From: a virus
Taxonomy: Duplodnaviria > Caudoviricetes
DNA length: 64,000 nt
Virus record (IMG/VR): IMGVR_UViG_2808606954_000002
Coordinates: 1-64,000 of that record
Reading direction: 5' to 3' (one strand)
How positions within the stretch are numbered: the first letter of the stretch is position 1; every line of letters begins with the position of its first letter. The notes beneath the pieces are model-generated. The model was not told where the DNA came from, did no database searches, and saw nothing but the letters and a program-made list of their open reading frames with translations. Below, piece after piece: positions 37,344-45,712 of this stretch. A program made the position numbers and the translations under genes.

Positions 37344-37387
37344 AAGGCCGGAAAGTAGAATTCCGGCCTTTGCTTCTTTTCTTTTTT
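37344..37387 (+). terminator. Rho-independent terminator of lysis cassette 2
   Basis: AAGGCCGGAA/TTCCGGCCTT 10-bp stem plus T-rich tail. Confidence 0.8.
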
Positions 37388-37411
37388 ACAGATTCTCTAA
37401 AATGAAATAGG

Positions 37412-37657
37412 ATGCGACTCTACGTTAATAATTCGGGGATGTGGATGACCGATCCTAATAGTGTATCTTTAAGCCTCACATGTTCATGTGGGGAGAAGTA
37501 TAAAATTGGTGTAGCAGGATTGGATCTTGAGAGTATTAAATTTACATGTCCGGGTTGCGGTGTCGTAGACTCCCTTACACCTGACCAAATTAGCGCGATA
37601 AAATCCAAACATGAGGCAGTTGTTAATCGCCTGAAGGTGGCTTTTAAGGAATTATAA
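37412..37657 (+). CDS. Small AT-rich zinc-ribbon protein (moron-like)
   Basis: CSC...CPGC; lies between two terminators. Confidence 0.55.
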   Translation: MRLYVNNSGMWMTDPNSVSLSLTCSCGEKYKIGVAGLDLESIKFTCPGCGVVDSLTPDQISAIKSKHEAVVNRLKVAFKEL

Positions 37658-37690
37658 TCAATATGCATGGTCACACGCAAATGCCATACT

Positions 37691-37731
37691 AAGCCCTGCT
37701 TGTTTGTTCAGGCGGGGCTTTTTTTGTTTTT
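37691..37731 (+). terminator. Terminator
   Basis: AAGCCCTGC...GCGGGGCTT plus TTTTTTTGTTTTT. Confidence 0.7.
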
Positions 37732-37740
37732 ACGGCTGGT

Positions 37741-38043
37741 TTATCCATCGCGTCTTGCTCTTCCAAGCATAAAGCTGTTTTGCTGCCGATTGCCGCATTT
37801 TGCGCAGCGCAGCAGCGGCTCCATCGATATGATTGATCTGGCTTTGTGTTTGCGTTGCAGCTCCCAGCGATCCAAAGGCGAGGTATGGTCGCATCGCGCG
37901 CATTTCGCAAACAGGTTATACCATTGGGGCAGGTCTGCCAGCGTGGCGGAATGGTCGCGCTCCGGCACGATGATGCCGGTGGGCCTAGGTGGCAGGTTGT
38001 CGTTGCTGCTGCGGGTTAGGTCTAAGCCTCGACGATGCCGCAT
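37741..38043 (-). CDS. Small C4 zinc-ribbon protein, putatively SOS-regulated
   Basis: CARC...CAKC; LexA box upstream. Confidence 0.65.
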   Translation of the reverse strand: MRHRRGLDLTRSSNDNLPPRPTGIIVPERDHSATLADLPQWYNLFAKCARCDHTSPLDRWELQRKHKARSIISMEPLLRCAKCGNRQQNSFMLGRARRDG

Positions 38044-38067
38044 ATCGCCATCCTCTGGTTTTCACGC

Positions 38068-38111
38068 TTGACATTTGTTCTTAAAATGTTCTCATTTTAA
38101 GAGGGTGTCAA
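38068..38111. promoter_or_regulatory. Overlapping divergent promoters with an alphaproteobacterial LexA box
   Basis: TTGACA at 38068-73 (+) and 38106-11 (-); GTTC-TTAAAAT-GTTC at 38077-38091. Confidence 0.75.
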
Positions 38112-38115
38112 GGCG

Positions 38116-38475
38116 GTGAATTTTGAGGTTGCGATGACGGGCTGGTATGAAAAAAGACTGCATTGGGAAAGGTCGCGTCCCGGCGAAATCGACCCACACA
38201 CGGGCACTTTTTACGAGGATTATGTTGCTTGGTATGATGGACGGCAAGCGGGCCGGATCACGCTGGTCCTTGGCAATATTATGGGTGAAACCTCGTGGCG
38301 CTGGTCGGGTGGTTACCCGGCGGGGTATCGCGGCAAGCCGCTAATGCCAAACACGGGTTATGTTGAAACGGCAAACCAAGCCTGTCGGATGGCTGAAGAG
38401 TATTGGTTTGCAATGCTGGCGGGTTGCAAACCGGCAACGGATGATGATCGGCTCGGTCAGGGCGGCGCTGATTGA
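38116..38475 (+). CDS. Hypothetical Trp-rich protein, putatively SOS-regulated (start 38116 or 38134)
   Basis: Divergent partner downstream of the LexA box; convergent with repC. Confidence 0.6.
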   Translation: MNFEVAMTGWYEKRLHWERSRPGEIDPHTGTFYEDYVAWYDGRQAGRITLVLGNIMGETSWRWSGGYPAGYRGKPLMPNTGYVETANQACRMAEEYWFAMLAGCKPATDDDRLGQGGAD

Positions 38476-38480
38476 AGCCG

Positions 38481-39710
38481 TCAACCATGCTGCCTCCCCT
38501 CCCCTTCTCCGTTTTGCTTCAACAGCGCCATCAGTACCGGCCCCAGCGAGAACTCGCCCGCCTGCGCCTTGGCGGTCAGGCTGCGCAAATAGCCGCCCGC
38601 AGAATTGATCTGCCCTGCCCGCTCTAAAATACAGGCCATGGTTATCGCAGCAGCCTCCGGCCCCATGGCCTCGCAGGCCTGCTGATAGGCCGATGGGCTG
38701 ACGCCAAGCATGGACCGCACCACCACGGCGGCCGCCATCAGATCGCGCCAACCGGATACCGCGCCGCCCGGTCCATAATCGCCGATCTGCGGGCAGGCTT
38801 TCAACACCATGCTTAAGGGGTAGGTTTCCGGCTTGCGCTGTTTTGCCGGTTCCAGCCGTGCCGGTTCCGCCATCATATTTTCTTGGCCGTTTAATTCAAA
38901 TTCATAGGTAGATTCGGTATTTGAATTCTGTATGTGTGCGTCATTGTGGTTGGCATTGGTGGGCATTTTTTCGGATTTTAATTGCATTTCCAGCCGGTTA
39001 ACGACCTCTTCGCGCAAAAGCTCCATCTCGTCGCGGATCTCCATCACCTCGCCCATGGTGGGGCGGCGCGGCAAGCGGGCGAGAATGCTGATATAATGGT
39101 CCTCGGCTGCGGACCAATTGCCCTCGGCCCCCTCCTCAATGGCGGCGGAAATCAGCTTGCGCACATCGCGGCGGCAAATGGTGAGCGCTTCCTTTGCGCG
39201 TTTATAGGCGCGGGCCTCATCGGCCACGGCTTGCGCAAGCTGGGCCAGCTCACCCGCGCGAATAAGCAGCGGTGCCAGGCTAAAGCCGAAAGCGGCTTCA
39301 ATCTCACCTGCCCGGTCGCGGTGGGCGTAGCGCTTGCCGTTTGGGCTATCGCGGCGCTCAATCAACCCCGCCTCAACCAAGGCCGCCAAGGCCCGGCGCA
39401 ATGTGCTGCCTGATATGCCATGCGCGCGGATGGAAAGCTGTGCGTTGCTTGGAAACACAACAAGCCCCATGTCCTCGGAAAGTTCGGTTTCAGGATAGAA
39501 GCTCAACAGCGCATTTAAAACCGCCATGGCTCTATCTTGCAGGCCAAGCTTTTCGCGCGCTTCGCAAGCATCACGAAACACCCGCCATTTATCCACCGCC
39601 CTGCCCGGCTTTGCTTCGGCCCGTTCCATCTGGCCTTTCACCAAAGCAAGCTTCGCCGGTCGCCGCCCAAACGGCGTCGTGATCTGCATATGGGTCATTG
39701 CTTCCTTCAC
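38481..39710 (-). CDS. repC: Plasmid replication initiator RepC
   Basis: TTPFGRR, VFPSNAQL, RRDSPNGKRY, GFSLAPL, INSAGGYLR. Confidence 0.97.
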   Translation of the reverse strand: MKEAMTHMQITTPFGRRPAKLALVKGQMERAEAKPGRAVDKWRVFRDACEAREKLGLQDRAMAVLNALLSFYPETELSEDMGLVVFPSNAQLSIRAHGISGSTLRRALAALVEAGLIERRDSPNGKRYAHRDRAGEIEAAFGFSLAPLLIRAGELAQLAQAVADEARAYKRAKEALTICRRDVRKLISAAIEEGAEGNWSAAEDHYISILARLPRRPTMGEVMEIRDEMELLREEVVNRLEMQLKSEKMPTNANHNDAHIQNSNTESTYEFELNGQENMMAEPARLEPAKQRKPETYPLSMVLKACPQIGDYGPGGAVSGWRDLMAAAVVVRSMLGVSPSAYQQACEAMGPEAAAITMACILERAGQINSAGGYLRSLTAKAQAGEFSLGPVLMALLKQNGEGEGRQHG

Positions 39711-39758
39711 CTTTCAAAAGGCAAAAGAAATCCGCTCACCAAATGGCGTCAAAGACTC

Positions 39759-39847
39759 TTGACTATGATTCTTGGAAATGCGATTCTCTAACTGCTTACA
39801 TCAGAGAGGGCTTCCACGGTTCGCCGTTTGGGGGCCTTTTTCTTTTT
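39759..39847 (+). ncRNA. repABC counter-transcribed RNA (ctRNA/incA/RepE-type) with its promoter
   Basis: In the repB-repC intergenic region: TTGACT-N17-GATTCT promoter, about 55-nt transcript with hairpin AGGGCTTCCA/TGGGGGCCT and U-tail, antisense to the repC leader. Confidence 0.75.
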
Positions 39848-39852
39848 GCCGG

Positions 39853-40833
39853 TCAGTTTCCTTTGTTAAACTCGTCGTACAGTTCTGGCATGCGCGTCAT
39901 CAGATACTCTGCAAACGCCTCATTTTGAGTCCTGTCAATCTCAATCCTGCATTGTTTGCCTCTGAGCGCCAAGGATGCAATCTCTTGCCCGTCGCGGCTT
40001 TTGGCAATTTGTGGGGCCTCGCTCTTTGTGGCGGGCCGCTGCTTGGCAGATGCAAGCGCGGCCTTGAAGCGGTCATCTGACGATTTATGCGCAAAGGTGC
40101 TGTCTTGCGTGGCCTTGCGCACTTGCGGCTCAACCGTGCCTGATTTGAGCAGATCGGCCAGCTCTTGCCAGCGCGGGCGGCCAATCTTTGGCGCGGGGCC
40201 AATGGCCTCAATCAGCCATTGCGGCACGACCGCAGCCACGGCAATCAGCTTTGCCGCCTCGGCCCGATCCACCGCCAAAGCCGCCTGAATGTCAGACCGC
40301 TGAAAACCCGCGCTCTCCAGCCGGTGCGCAAAGGATGCGCGCTCAATAAAGCTTAAATCCTCACGCGCCGAATTTTCCACGCCTTGCGCGATTATCAGGC
40401 TTTGGTCATCCAGATCACGCACATAGGCTTTAACCGGGATGCCTAGCTCTCTAGCTGCCTGCGCGCGGCGATGGCCGTACGCAATCTGGTAGCGGCCTTG
40501 TGCGGTTGGGTGCGGGCGCACAAGGATGGGGATTTCCTGGCCATTGTCTGACAGCGATTGCTTAAGCTGTTCAAGGGCGGCTTTGTTGCCCGATGCCAAG
40601 CGATCCGCAAAAGGTGAGGGGTCCAGATGGGCGGGGTCCAAATCAGCGGCCTGCCCACCTTGCGCAAGCAAGCGGCGCAACTCTTCGTTTTCGGCCTCGA
40701 TGCTGGTGAGTGAGCCTTTCATGGCCTGCACCGCGCCGCTTGCCACGCGCTTTGATGTGGGACGGGCTTGCGGCTCTGTGCCTTCGTCGCCAGCCTTGAA
40801 CATGCCGCGAATAGAATTCATGCGCGAACTCAT
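39853..40833 (-). CDS. repB: Plasmid partitioning protein RepB
   Basis: PILVRPHP...YQIAYGHRR...ENSAREDLSFIE...PKIGRPRW. Confidence 0.95.
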   Translation of the reverse strand: MSSRMNSIRGMFKAGDEGTEPQARPTSKRVASGAVQAMKGSLTSIEAENEELRRLLAQGGQAADLDPAHLDPSPFADRLASGNKAALEQLKQSLSDNGQEIPILVRPHPTAQGRYQIAYGHRRAQAARELGIPVKAYVRDLDDQSLIIAQGVENSAREDLSFIERASFAHRLESAGFQRSDIQAALAVDRAEAAKLIAVAAVVPQWLIEAIGPAPKIGRPRWQELADLLKSGTVEPQVRKATQDSTFAHKSSDDRFKAALASAKQRPATKSEAPQIAKSRDGQEIASLALRGKQCRIEIDRTQNEAFAEYLMTRMPELYDEFNKGN

Positions 40834-40851
40834 TGGCCTGCCCCTTTCATT

Positions 40852-40867
40852 GTTGTCAGCTGACAAC
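40852..40867. promoter_or_regulatory. parS centromere
   Basis: Perfect palindrome GTTGTCAGCTGACAAC (fits GTTNNCNGCNGNNAAC) between repA and repB. Confidence 0.9.
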
Positions 40868-40897
40868 ATATCAAGTGTTTGATTTTATTGATGTGGG

Positions 40898-42115
40898 TCA
40901 TTTTTTGCGACCCCACACCGCCTCGATCATGTCAATCACTTCATTGTTGACGGCATTGATTGACTCCATGGCGCGCTCATAGACATTGCGGCCCACGGTG
41001 CCAGAGGTCAGCTCATAAAGCGACTGTTTGGTCAGGCCAGCGTTGGCGATGGCGGTGGATTTCCACGCGGTCGCAGTCATCACATCCTGCCCGAATACAT
41101 CACGCAACAGCGAAACAATCTCTTGCTCTGGCACGTCGCGCGGGTCGTGGCGGGTCACCAAAAATCGCATGAAATCATAATCCAGCGCGCCGCCCGCCTC
41201 CTCAATCACGGCCACAAGGTCAGAGGTCATCAGCAAAAACTGGCTCATGGATGCCACATCAACCATTTGCGGGTGCACGGTCACAATCATGCCGGTTGCG
41301 GCATTCAGTGCGCCCATGGTCAAAAAGCCAAGCTGCGGCGGGCAATCAATCACCACCACATCAAAATCGTCTTCGACCTCGGCAATGGCCGATGCCACGC
41401 GCCGAAAGAAAATATCGTGCGGGTTGCCGCGATTTTGCATCATGTAGCGCGGTGTCTGGTGTTCAAATTCCATCAGCTCCAGATTGCCCGGCACGATGCT
41501 AACGCCGGTAAAATAGGTGGGCCGGATAATGTCACGCATTTTCACGCGCTCGTCGTCGTAACGAATGGCCGCGTAAAGAGTGCTATTTTCCGCAACGTCA
41601 AATTCTGGCTGATAGCCAAACATGGATGATAAGGACGCCTGCGGGTCCAGATCGATCGCAAGAACACGCAAGCCTTGCAAGGCCAGCCCTTGAGCCAGAT
41701 AAAGCGATGTGGTGGTTTTGGCAGACCCGCCCTTGAAATTGGCAACCGTGATGATTTGCAGCTTCTCACCGACCCGGCGTTGCGGCCAAAATTTCAACGC
41801 CTCTTTTGGCCGCGCCTCGGCCAGATAGGCGCGCAGCTCCATCACCTGGTCCAGCGTGTACGCGCGCCGCCCGGCCCGGCCAATCTCTGGCGCTGGGCCT
41901 AAGCCGTCCAGCGAGAGCTGACGCAAATAGCCGTCCGACACATTGACAATGTTTGCAACCTCGCCACTGGTGAAAGAGCGCAAGGTTTTTTGCGCCGATG
42001 GCGGAAAGGCGCGCTCACCAACGGCCCGCAAGCGCGCAGAAAGCGCCTCGGCGCGCTCGGTGATTTTCGATGCCGTGCTCATAGCTTGCGTACTCTCTAC
42101 AGCGCTCATTTTCAT
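40898..42115 (-). CDS. repA: Plasmid partitioning ATPase RepA (start approximate)
   Basis: NFKGGSAKTT, DLDPQASL, IDCPPQLG. Confidence 0.97.
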   Translation of the reverse strand: MKMSAVESTQAMSTASKITERAEALSARLRAVGERAFPPSAQKTLRSFTSGEVANIVNVSDGYLRQLSLDGLGPAPEIGRAGRRAYTLDQVMELRAYLAEARPKEALKFWPQRRVGEKLQIITVANFKGGSAKTTTSLYLAQGLALQGLRVLAIDLDPQASLSSMFGYQPEFDVAENSTLYAAIRYDDERVKMRDIIRPTYFTGVSIVPGNLELMEFEHQTPRYMMQNRGNPHDIFFRRVASAIAEVEDDFDVVVIDCPPQLGFLTMGALNAATGMIVTVHPQMVDVASMSQFLLMTSDLVAVIEEAGGALDYDFMRFLVTRHDPRDVPEQEIVSLLRDVFGQDVMTATAWKSTAIANAGLTKQSLYELTSGTVGRNVYERAMESINAVNNEVIDMIEAVWGRKK

Positions 42116-42226
42116 CTCAGACGTTTCTAGCTCGTTAAACGCATTATTTCCGTTTTCAAAATGCACACGATTCTAATGTGGTTGCAAGATGTTTTTCGTA
42201 AATGAATGGTAAACGCATTGATTTGA

Positions 42227-42270
42227 CATGAAAAAGCCGCCTCAAAGGGCGGCTTTCTCTGTTTTGGGGC
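42227..42270. repeat. 44-bp direct repeat copy 1 containing a terminator hairpin
   Basis: CATGAAAAAGCCGCCTCAAAGGGCGGCTTTCTCTGTTTTGGGGC, identical at 43609-43652. Confidence 0.9.
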
Positions 42271-42279
42271 GTGTGCCCG

Positions 42280-42705
42280 TTAGGCGGCTTGGCGAACTGA
42301 CAAGACAATCTCTTGGCCAAGGGCCTCAAGCGCATCGGCCATAACGCCGATTTTAGAAGCGTGATCGGGGTCCAGTAACCGGCGCGCTTCATTTTCTGTT
42401 TTGCCAATGCGGCGCGCCAATTCCGTTTTTGAAATCCCCGCCTCATTGAACGCCTGGATCAGTGCAAGCTTTGCCGCCACATCGGCCACGACCGCAATGT
42501 CGTGGCCTTCCTGTGCCACAGGGGCGGGCAGGGGGCGGCCTTCCTGCATGATACCGCGCAGGGCAAGGCCAAGGGCTTCTCTGGCGCTTGCTACGGCTTC
42601 CTTCATTGTTTCCCCGTGGGTGATGGCCTCTGGCACATCGGCAAAGGTCACCACAAAGCCGCCGTCCGGATCTGTCTCAATTGTTGCTTTATAAGTGTAT
42701 TGCAT
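42280..42705 (-). CDS. hicB: HicB antitoxin
   Basis: FVVTFADVPEAITHGET.EA...C-terminal HTH. Confidence 0.9.
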   Translation of the reverse strand: MQYTYKATIETDPDGGFVVTFADVPEAITHGETMKEAVASAREALGLALRGIMQEGRPLPAPVAQEGHDIAVVADVAAKLALIQAFNEAGISKTELARRIGKTENEARRLLDPDHASKIGVMADALEALGQEIVLSVRQAA

Positions 42706-42763
42706 AGGTTGATGCCTTCTTTGTCACTTGATGATGATGATGTGGAATGAGGCGGGCTTGGCA

Positions 42764-42958
42764 TCATTTGATGCCAAGCTGTTTCTTGATAAGGCCTACA
42801 TAGAGCGGGGTCATTTCGCCGGATTTTATCGTGGTCGATTTTCCGTTGAGTGTTACCCGATAGTGAGAGCCTTTCCCGTTGTCTTCGAAAACCTCAAATT
42901 CCCAACCGTTGGATTTTGCTATTTTGCGAAGCTCTCTGAGAAGTTGTTCTCGCTTCAT
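42764..42958 (-). CDS. hicA: HicA toxin
   Basis: 64 aa, GKGSH motif; GGAGAGG RBS before ATG 42958. Confidence 0.85.
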   Translation of the reverse strand: MKREQLLRELRKIAKSNGWEFEVFEDNGKGSHYRVTLNGKSTTIKSGEMTPLYVGLIKKQLGIK

Positions 42959-42985
42959 TTCCTCTCCTTTCCTGCAATTATGTAT

Positions 42986-43032
42986 CGCACATTTTTGTGC
43001 GTATTGCAAATAAAATCGCACAAATTTGTGCG
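42986..43032. promoter_or_regulatory. Two palindromic operators of hicAB
   Basis: CGCACATTTTTGTGCG (42986-43001) and CGCACAAATTTGTGCG (43017-43032). Confidence 0.7.
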
Positions 43033-43305
43033 TTTTATTTTGAAGAAAATGAGGGTGCCCCAGTATGCAGGCCAAGATTATCGCACTCCGACTGGCGTAT
43101 TCATCTGCTCCACTGCCAATCGCGATCAGCGACAGAAAATTTCTGTTGCATCCATAAGGGAGGCAAGCTATTTTAGGAACAAGGCGTATTCTGAGTAGGT
43201 CACGAAACCGAAATTTTGAGCCCGTTCGACGAACCTATGATCCCACGTTAGAGGGAGATTACGGTTCGTCCGTGTCTCCTGCTGTTTATTTATAAGGAGA
43301 TACGC

Positions 43306-43494
43306 ATGAAAGATCGGAAAAAAAATTATAGTAAGTTCCAAGCCAGCTTTGTTGCTGGCTGCGGCATTTGCGCGCTTATTATAGCAGTGGTGATTGCTGT
43401 TGTGCCTTTGCCAGGAGATACACGCTTATTAGTGGCGATTTTCCAAGCATTCTTCTTACTGTTTGTGAACGGTAGCAAAGGATTATTGAAGTAA
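43306..43494 (+). CDS. Small two-TM membrane protein
   Basis: AAGGAG RBS; AT-rich; inside the repeat-bounded cassette. Confidence 0.6.
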   Translation: MKDRKKNYSKFQASFVAGCGICALIIAVVIAVVPLPGDTRLLVAIFQAFFLLFVNGSKGLLK

Positions 43495-43608
43495 GGCCGT
43501 GTTGAAAGGCGGCCAAGTGCTTGACAGCATGTCACACTGTCACCTTCTTGGATCAAGCGAGGCCTTTCAGCTCTCATTCGTACACCAACGTTCAATGCAT
43601 AGATTTCG

Positions 43609-43652
43609 CATGAAAAAGCCGCCTCAAAGGGCGGCTTTCTCTGTTTTGGGGC
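43609..43652. repeat. 44-bp direct repeat copy 2 / terminator of the leftward operon
   Basis: Identical to 42227-42270. Confidence 0.9.
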
Positions 43653-43775
43653 AGGGGAGGGGCATTCATGGCGGCGGTTTGCGGGCTTTATCCACTTTGG
43701 CCAGCCAGCGGCCAAGGCTTTCTGGGTTATACCAACAAACCCAGATGATAGCGGAAATGGTGGTTACAAGGAACG

Positions 43776-44624
43776 TCATGGCTGGGCTTCCAATCCCTTG
43801 CGCCGTTCCAGCTCGGCAGCAATCATGGTTTCGGCTTCGGTTTCTGTTGCTGTGTCCACCTCAAAATTATCATCGCTATCAGCGTCAGGTGCCGGTGGCA
43901 GAAAAGCGTAATATCTGGTTTCAACAACGCCGCCCCGCGAATATTCCAGCACTTCGCCCGGTTCCAATTCCAGATTCTCGGCGATGCCGCCGGGTGATCT
44001 TGCGGCGGCCTCGCTGCTGGTGTCATCGCTCGGCCAATACCAATCGCATGCGGCCATTATCTTGGCTGTGGCGCTCGCTTGGCTTTGCAGCTCCGCTATC
44101 TGCTCGGTCTTATCAAACAACGCAGTTTTTAGACGAAAGATCATGCTGATTAGCATGTGGGCATCGATAGAGCTGATCACGGCTGTCTTGCCGCTATTGG
44201 GGTTGCCGACCTGTTTGACAATCTTTTCGATGACCTCGGATGCTTTTCCCCAACTCTCACTTGTTGGCATCTGTGTGAGCTTTGTGGTCAACTCGTTGGC
44301 GTCACTGGTGGCGTTGAACTTGCGGATAACGGCCTGCTCAAGATCAATATGCGCTGTGTAAGCCACAAGCGTGGTCGTGTGGATCACATCGGCCAGTTCG
44401 TCGGCCAGCTGCTCAAACGTAGCGCGTGATCCGCGCCAGCCAAGGCGCTCACGCTCCAGCTTTTTGATAATGTTGCAGGCCTCGCCAACCTCTCCGGCCA
44501 GCTCATTGCCGCGAAAAGAGAGATCGGGCATTTGATCCGGGCACCATTCCGCCTGACGCGCGGCGTGGGCGGCGGCGAGGTTGCGAAATGTCAGTGAGTT
44601 GAAAGCATCAAGGTTGCTTGTCAT
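43776..44624 (-). CDS. MazG-like nucleotide pyrophosphohydrolase with C-terminal extension
   Basis: ELAGEVGEACNIIKK...LADELADV. Confidence 0.8.
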   Translation of the reverse strand: MTSNLDAFNSLTFRNLAAAHAARQAEWCPDQMPDLSFRGNELAGEVGEACNIIKKLERERLGWRGSRATFEQLADELADVIHTTTLVAYTAHIDLEQAVIRKFNATSDANELTTKLTQMPTSESWGKASEVIEKIVKQVGNPNSGKTAVISSIDAHMLISMIFRLKTALFDKTEQIAELQSQASATAKIMAACDWYWPSDDTSSEAAARSPGGIAENLELEPGEVLEYSRGGVVETRYYAFLPPAPDADSDDNFEVDTATETEAETMIAAELERRKGLEAQP

Positions 44625-45712
44625 GCTGCCCTCCTTGGGAAACCGTTGTGCTCGACGCCATCCAGCAAGCGACCGGCCTCGGACTTTTTGAGTTTGAGCC
44701 ACATCGGGCCGTCTGGTGATTTCTTGCTGTCAAGCCAGCCAAACTTGTCGGATTTTTTCAGCCACCGATCATGTTTGTTGGAGGATGCGGCGGTGAAAAA
44801 TACGCCGTCGCCGTGATCCTCGGCTGTGCCGCCAAGGTGTGCGCCCCATTGCTTAAACAAAAACGGCACCCCTGCGGCTGCGCATTGATCGCGCAATGAC
44901 CGCGCCCAATCTGGATGCATAGGCCGGGCACTTTTGCCGCTTTCGCCGCCTGCTACGACCCAATCAAGTCCGGGCTTGCATCGCTCATCGTGATGATGGT
45001 GCAGGTGGCGCGGGCAATCCGGTGTCCCGATGCCATAATGCTCTCCGCCACAGCCACGTTGCCCGCCAATCCATAGCGTACCGCCAAGTGTGCTGACTAA
45101 ATCAATTGGTCCCAACAGCGGCTCCGCGCTGATCCACCGCACGGCGGAGGGGGTGTCCAGCAAAATCGGAATGCGCTGATCTGCATGGCGTTGATCCTCG
45201 ACCGATACGCCAAGCCAGACGTTTGGCAGGGGCATTTCGAGCGCTCCCTTTCTGTTGCCAAGCCCAAAGGGTATAAGGTTGATTGCCTTACAGAGCGCGG
45301 TATTGCCCATGCCGTTGCGGGAAACTAAATATTCCCGCATACGCTCCGGCCTCTTGGTCAAAACCTGAAACGTATGCTGCGGTGCCAGCGCCATGACGGC
45401 AAAAATCTGGTCAAGCCAATCGTCTTTCACGGCCTCGGCAAACAGATCGCCATGCGCGACAACGAAAACCATGCGCGGCTTGGACCATTGCAACGGCTGT
45501 AAAAGCCATTGCTCGTTAAACCGTACCTCGCCTGTCCAGACGTGCTTGCCGTTGACTTGCTGGGTCAGTCCCTCGCGGCTGGGGTGATTGCGCAGCCGTG
45601 TGCCAGCCAGATTCATCGCATAGCAATTTGTGCAGCCCGGCGATGTGATCTTGCAGCCGGTGATGACCTGCCAAGTGGCGTCGGTCCATTCGATCTTGCT
45701 GTTATCCGCCAT
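44621..45712 (-). CDS. Phage Gp37/Gp68 (DUF5131) family protein
   Basis: SKIEWTDATW, GCKITSPGCTNCYA, RWISAEPLLG, GGESG, FKQWG. Confidence 0.9.
   Translation of the reverse strand: MADNSKIEWTDATWQVITGCKITSPGCTNCYAMNLAGTRLRNHPSREGLTQQVNGKHVWTGEVRFNEQWLLQPLQWSKPRMVFVVAHGDLFAEAVKDDWLDQIFAVMALAPQHTFQVLTKRPERMREYLVSRNGMGNTALCKAINLIPFGLGNRKGALEMPLPNVWLGVSVEDQRHADQRIPILLDTPSAVRWISAEPLLGPIDLVSTLGGTLWIGGQRGCGGEHYGIGTPDCPRHLHHHHDERCKPGLDWVVAGGESGKSARPMHPDWARSLRDQCAAAGVPFLFKQWGAHLGGTAEDHGDGVFFTAASSNKHDRWLKKSDKFGWLDSKKSPDGPMWLKLKKSEAGRLLDGVEHNGFPRRAA

Noticed and set aside
37651-37665. Alternative Mu right end ATTATAATCA (9/10 inverted match to the left TGATAATAAT)
   Set aside because: The flank ATATG does not match the left flank AAAGC, and the match overlaps a stop codon in AT-rich DNA.
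42728-43198. 156-aa plus-strand ORF over hicA
   Set aside because: Antisense to hicA and its operators; begins in a TGA/ATG microsatellite; no homology signal.
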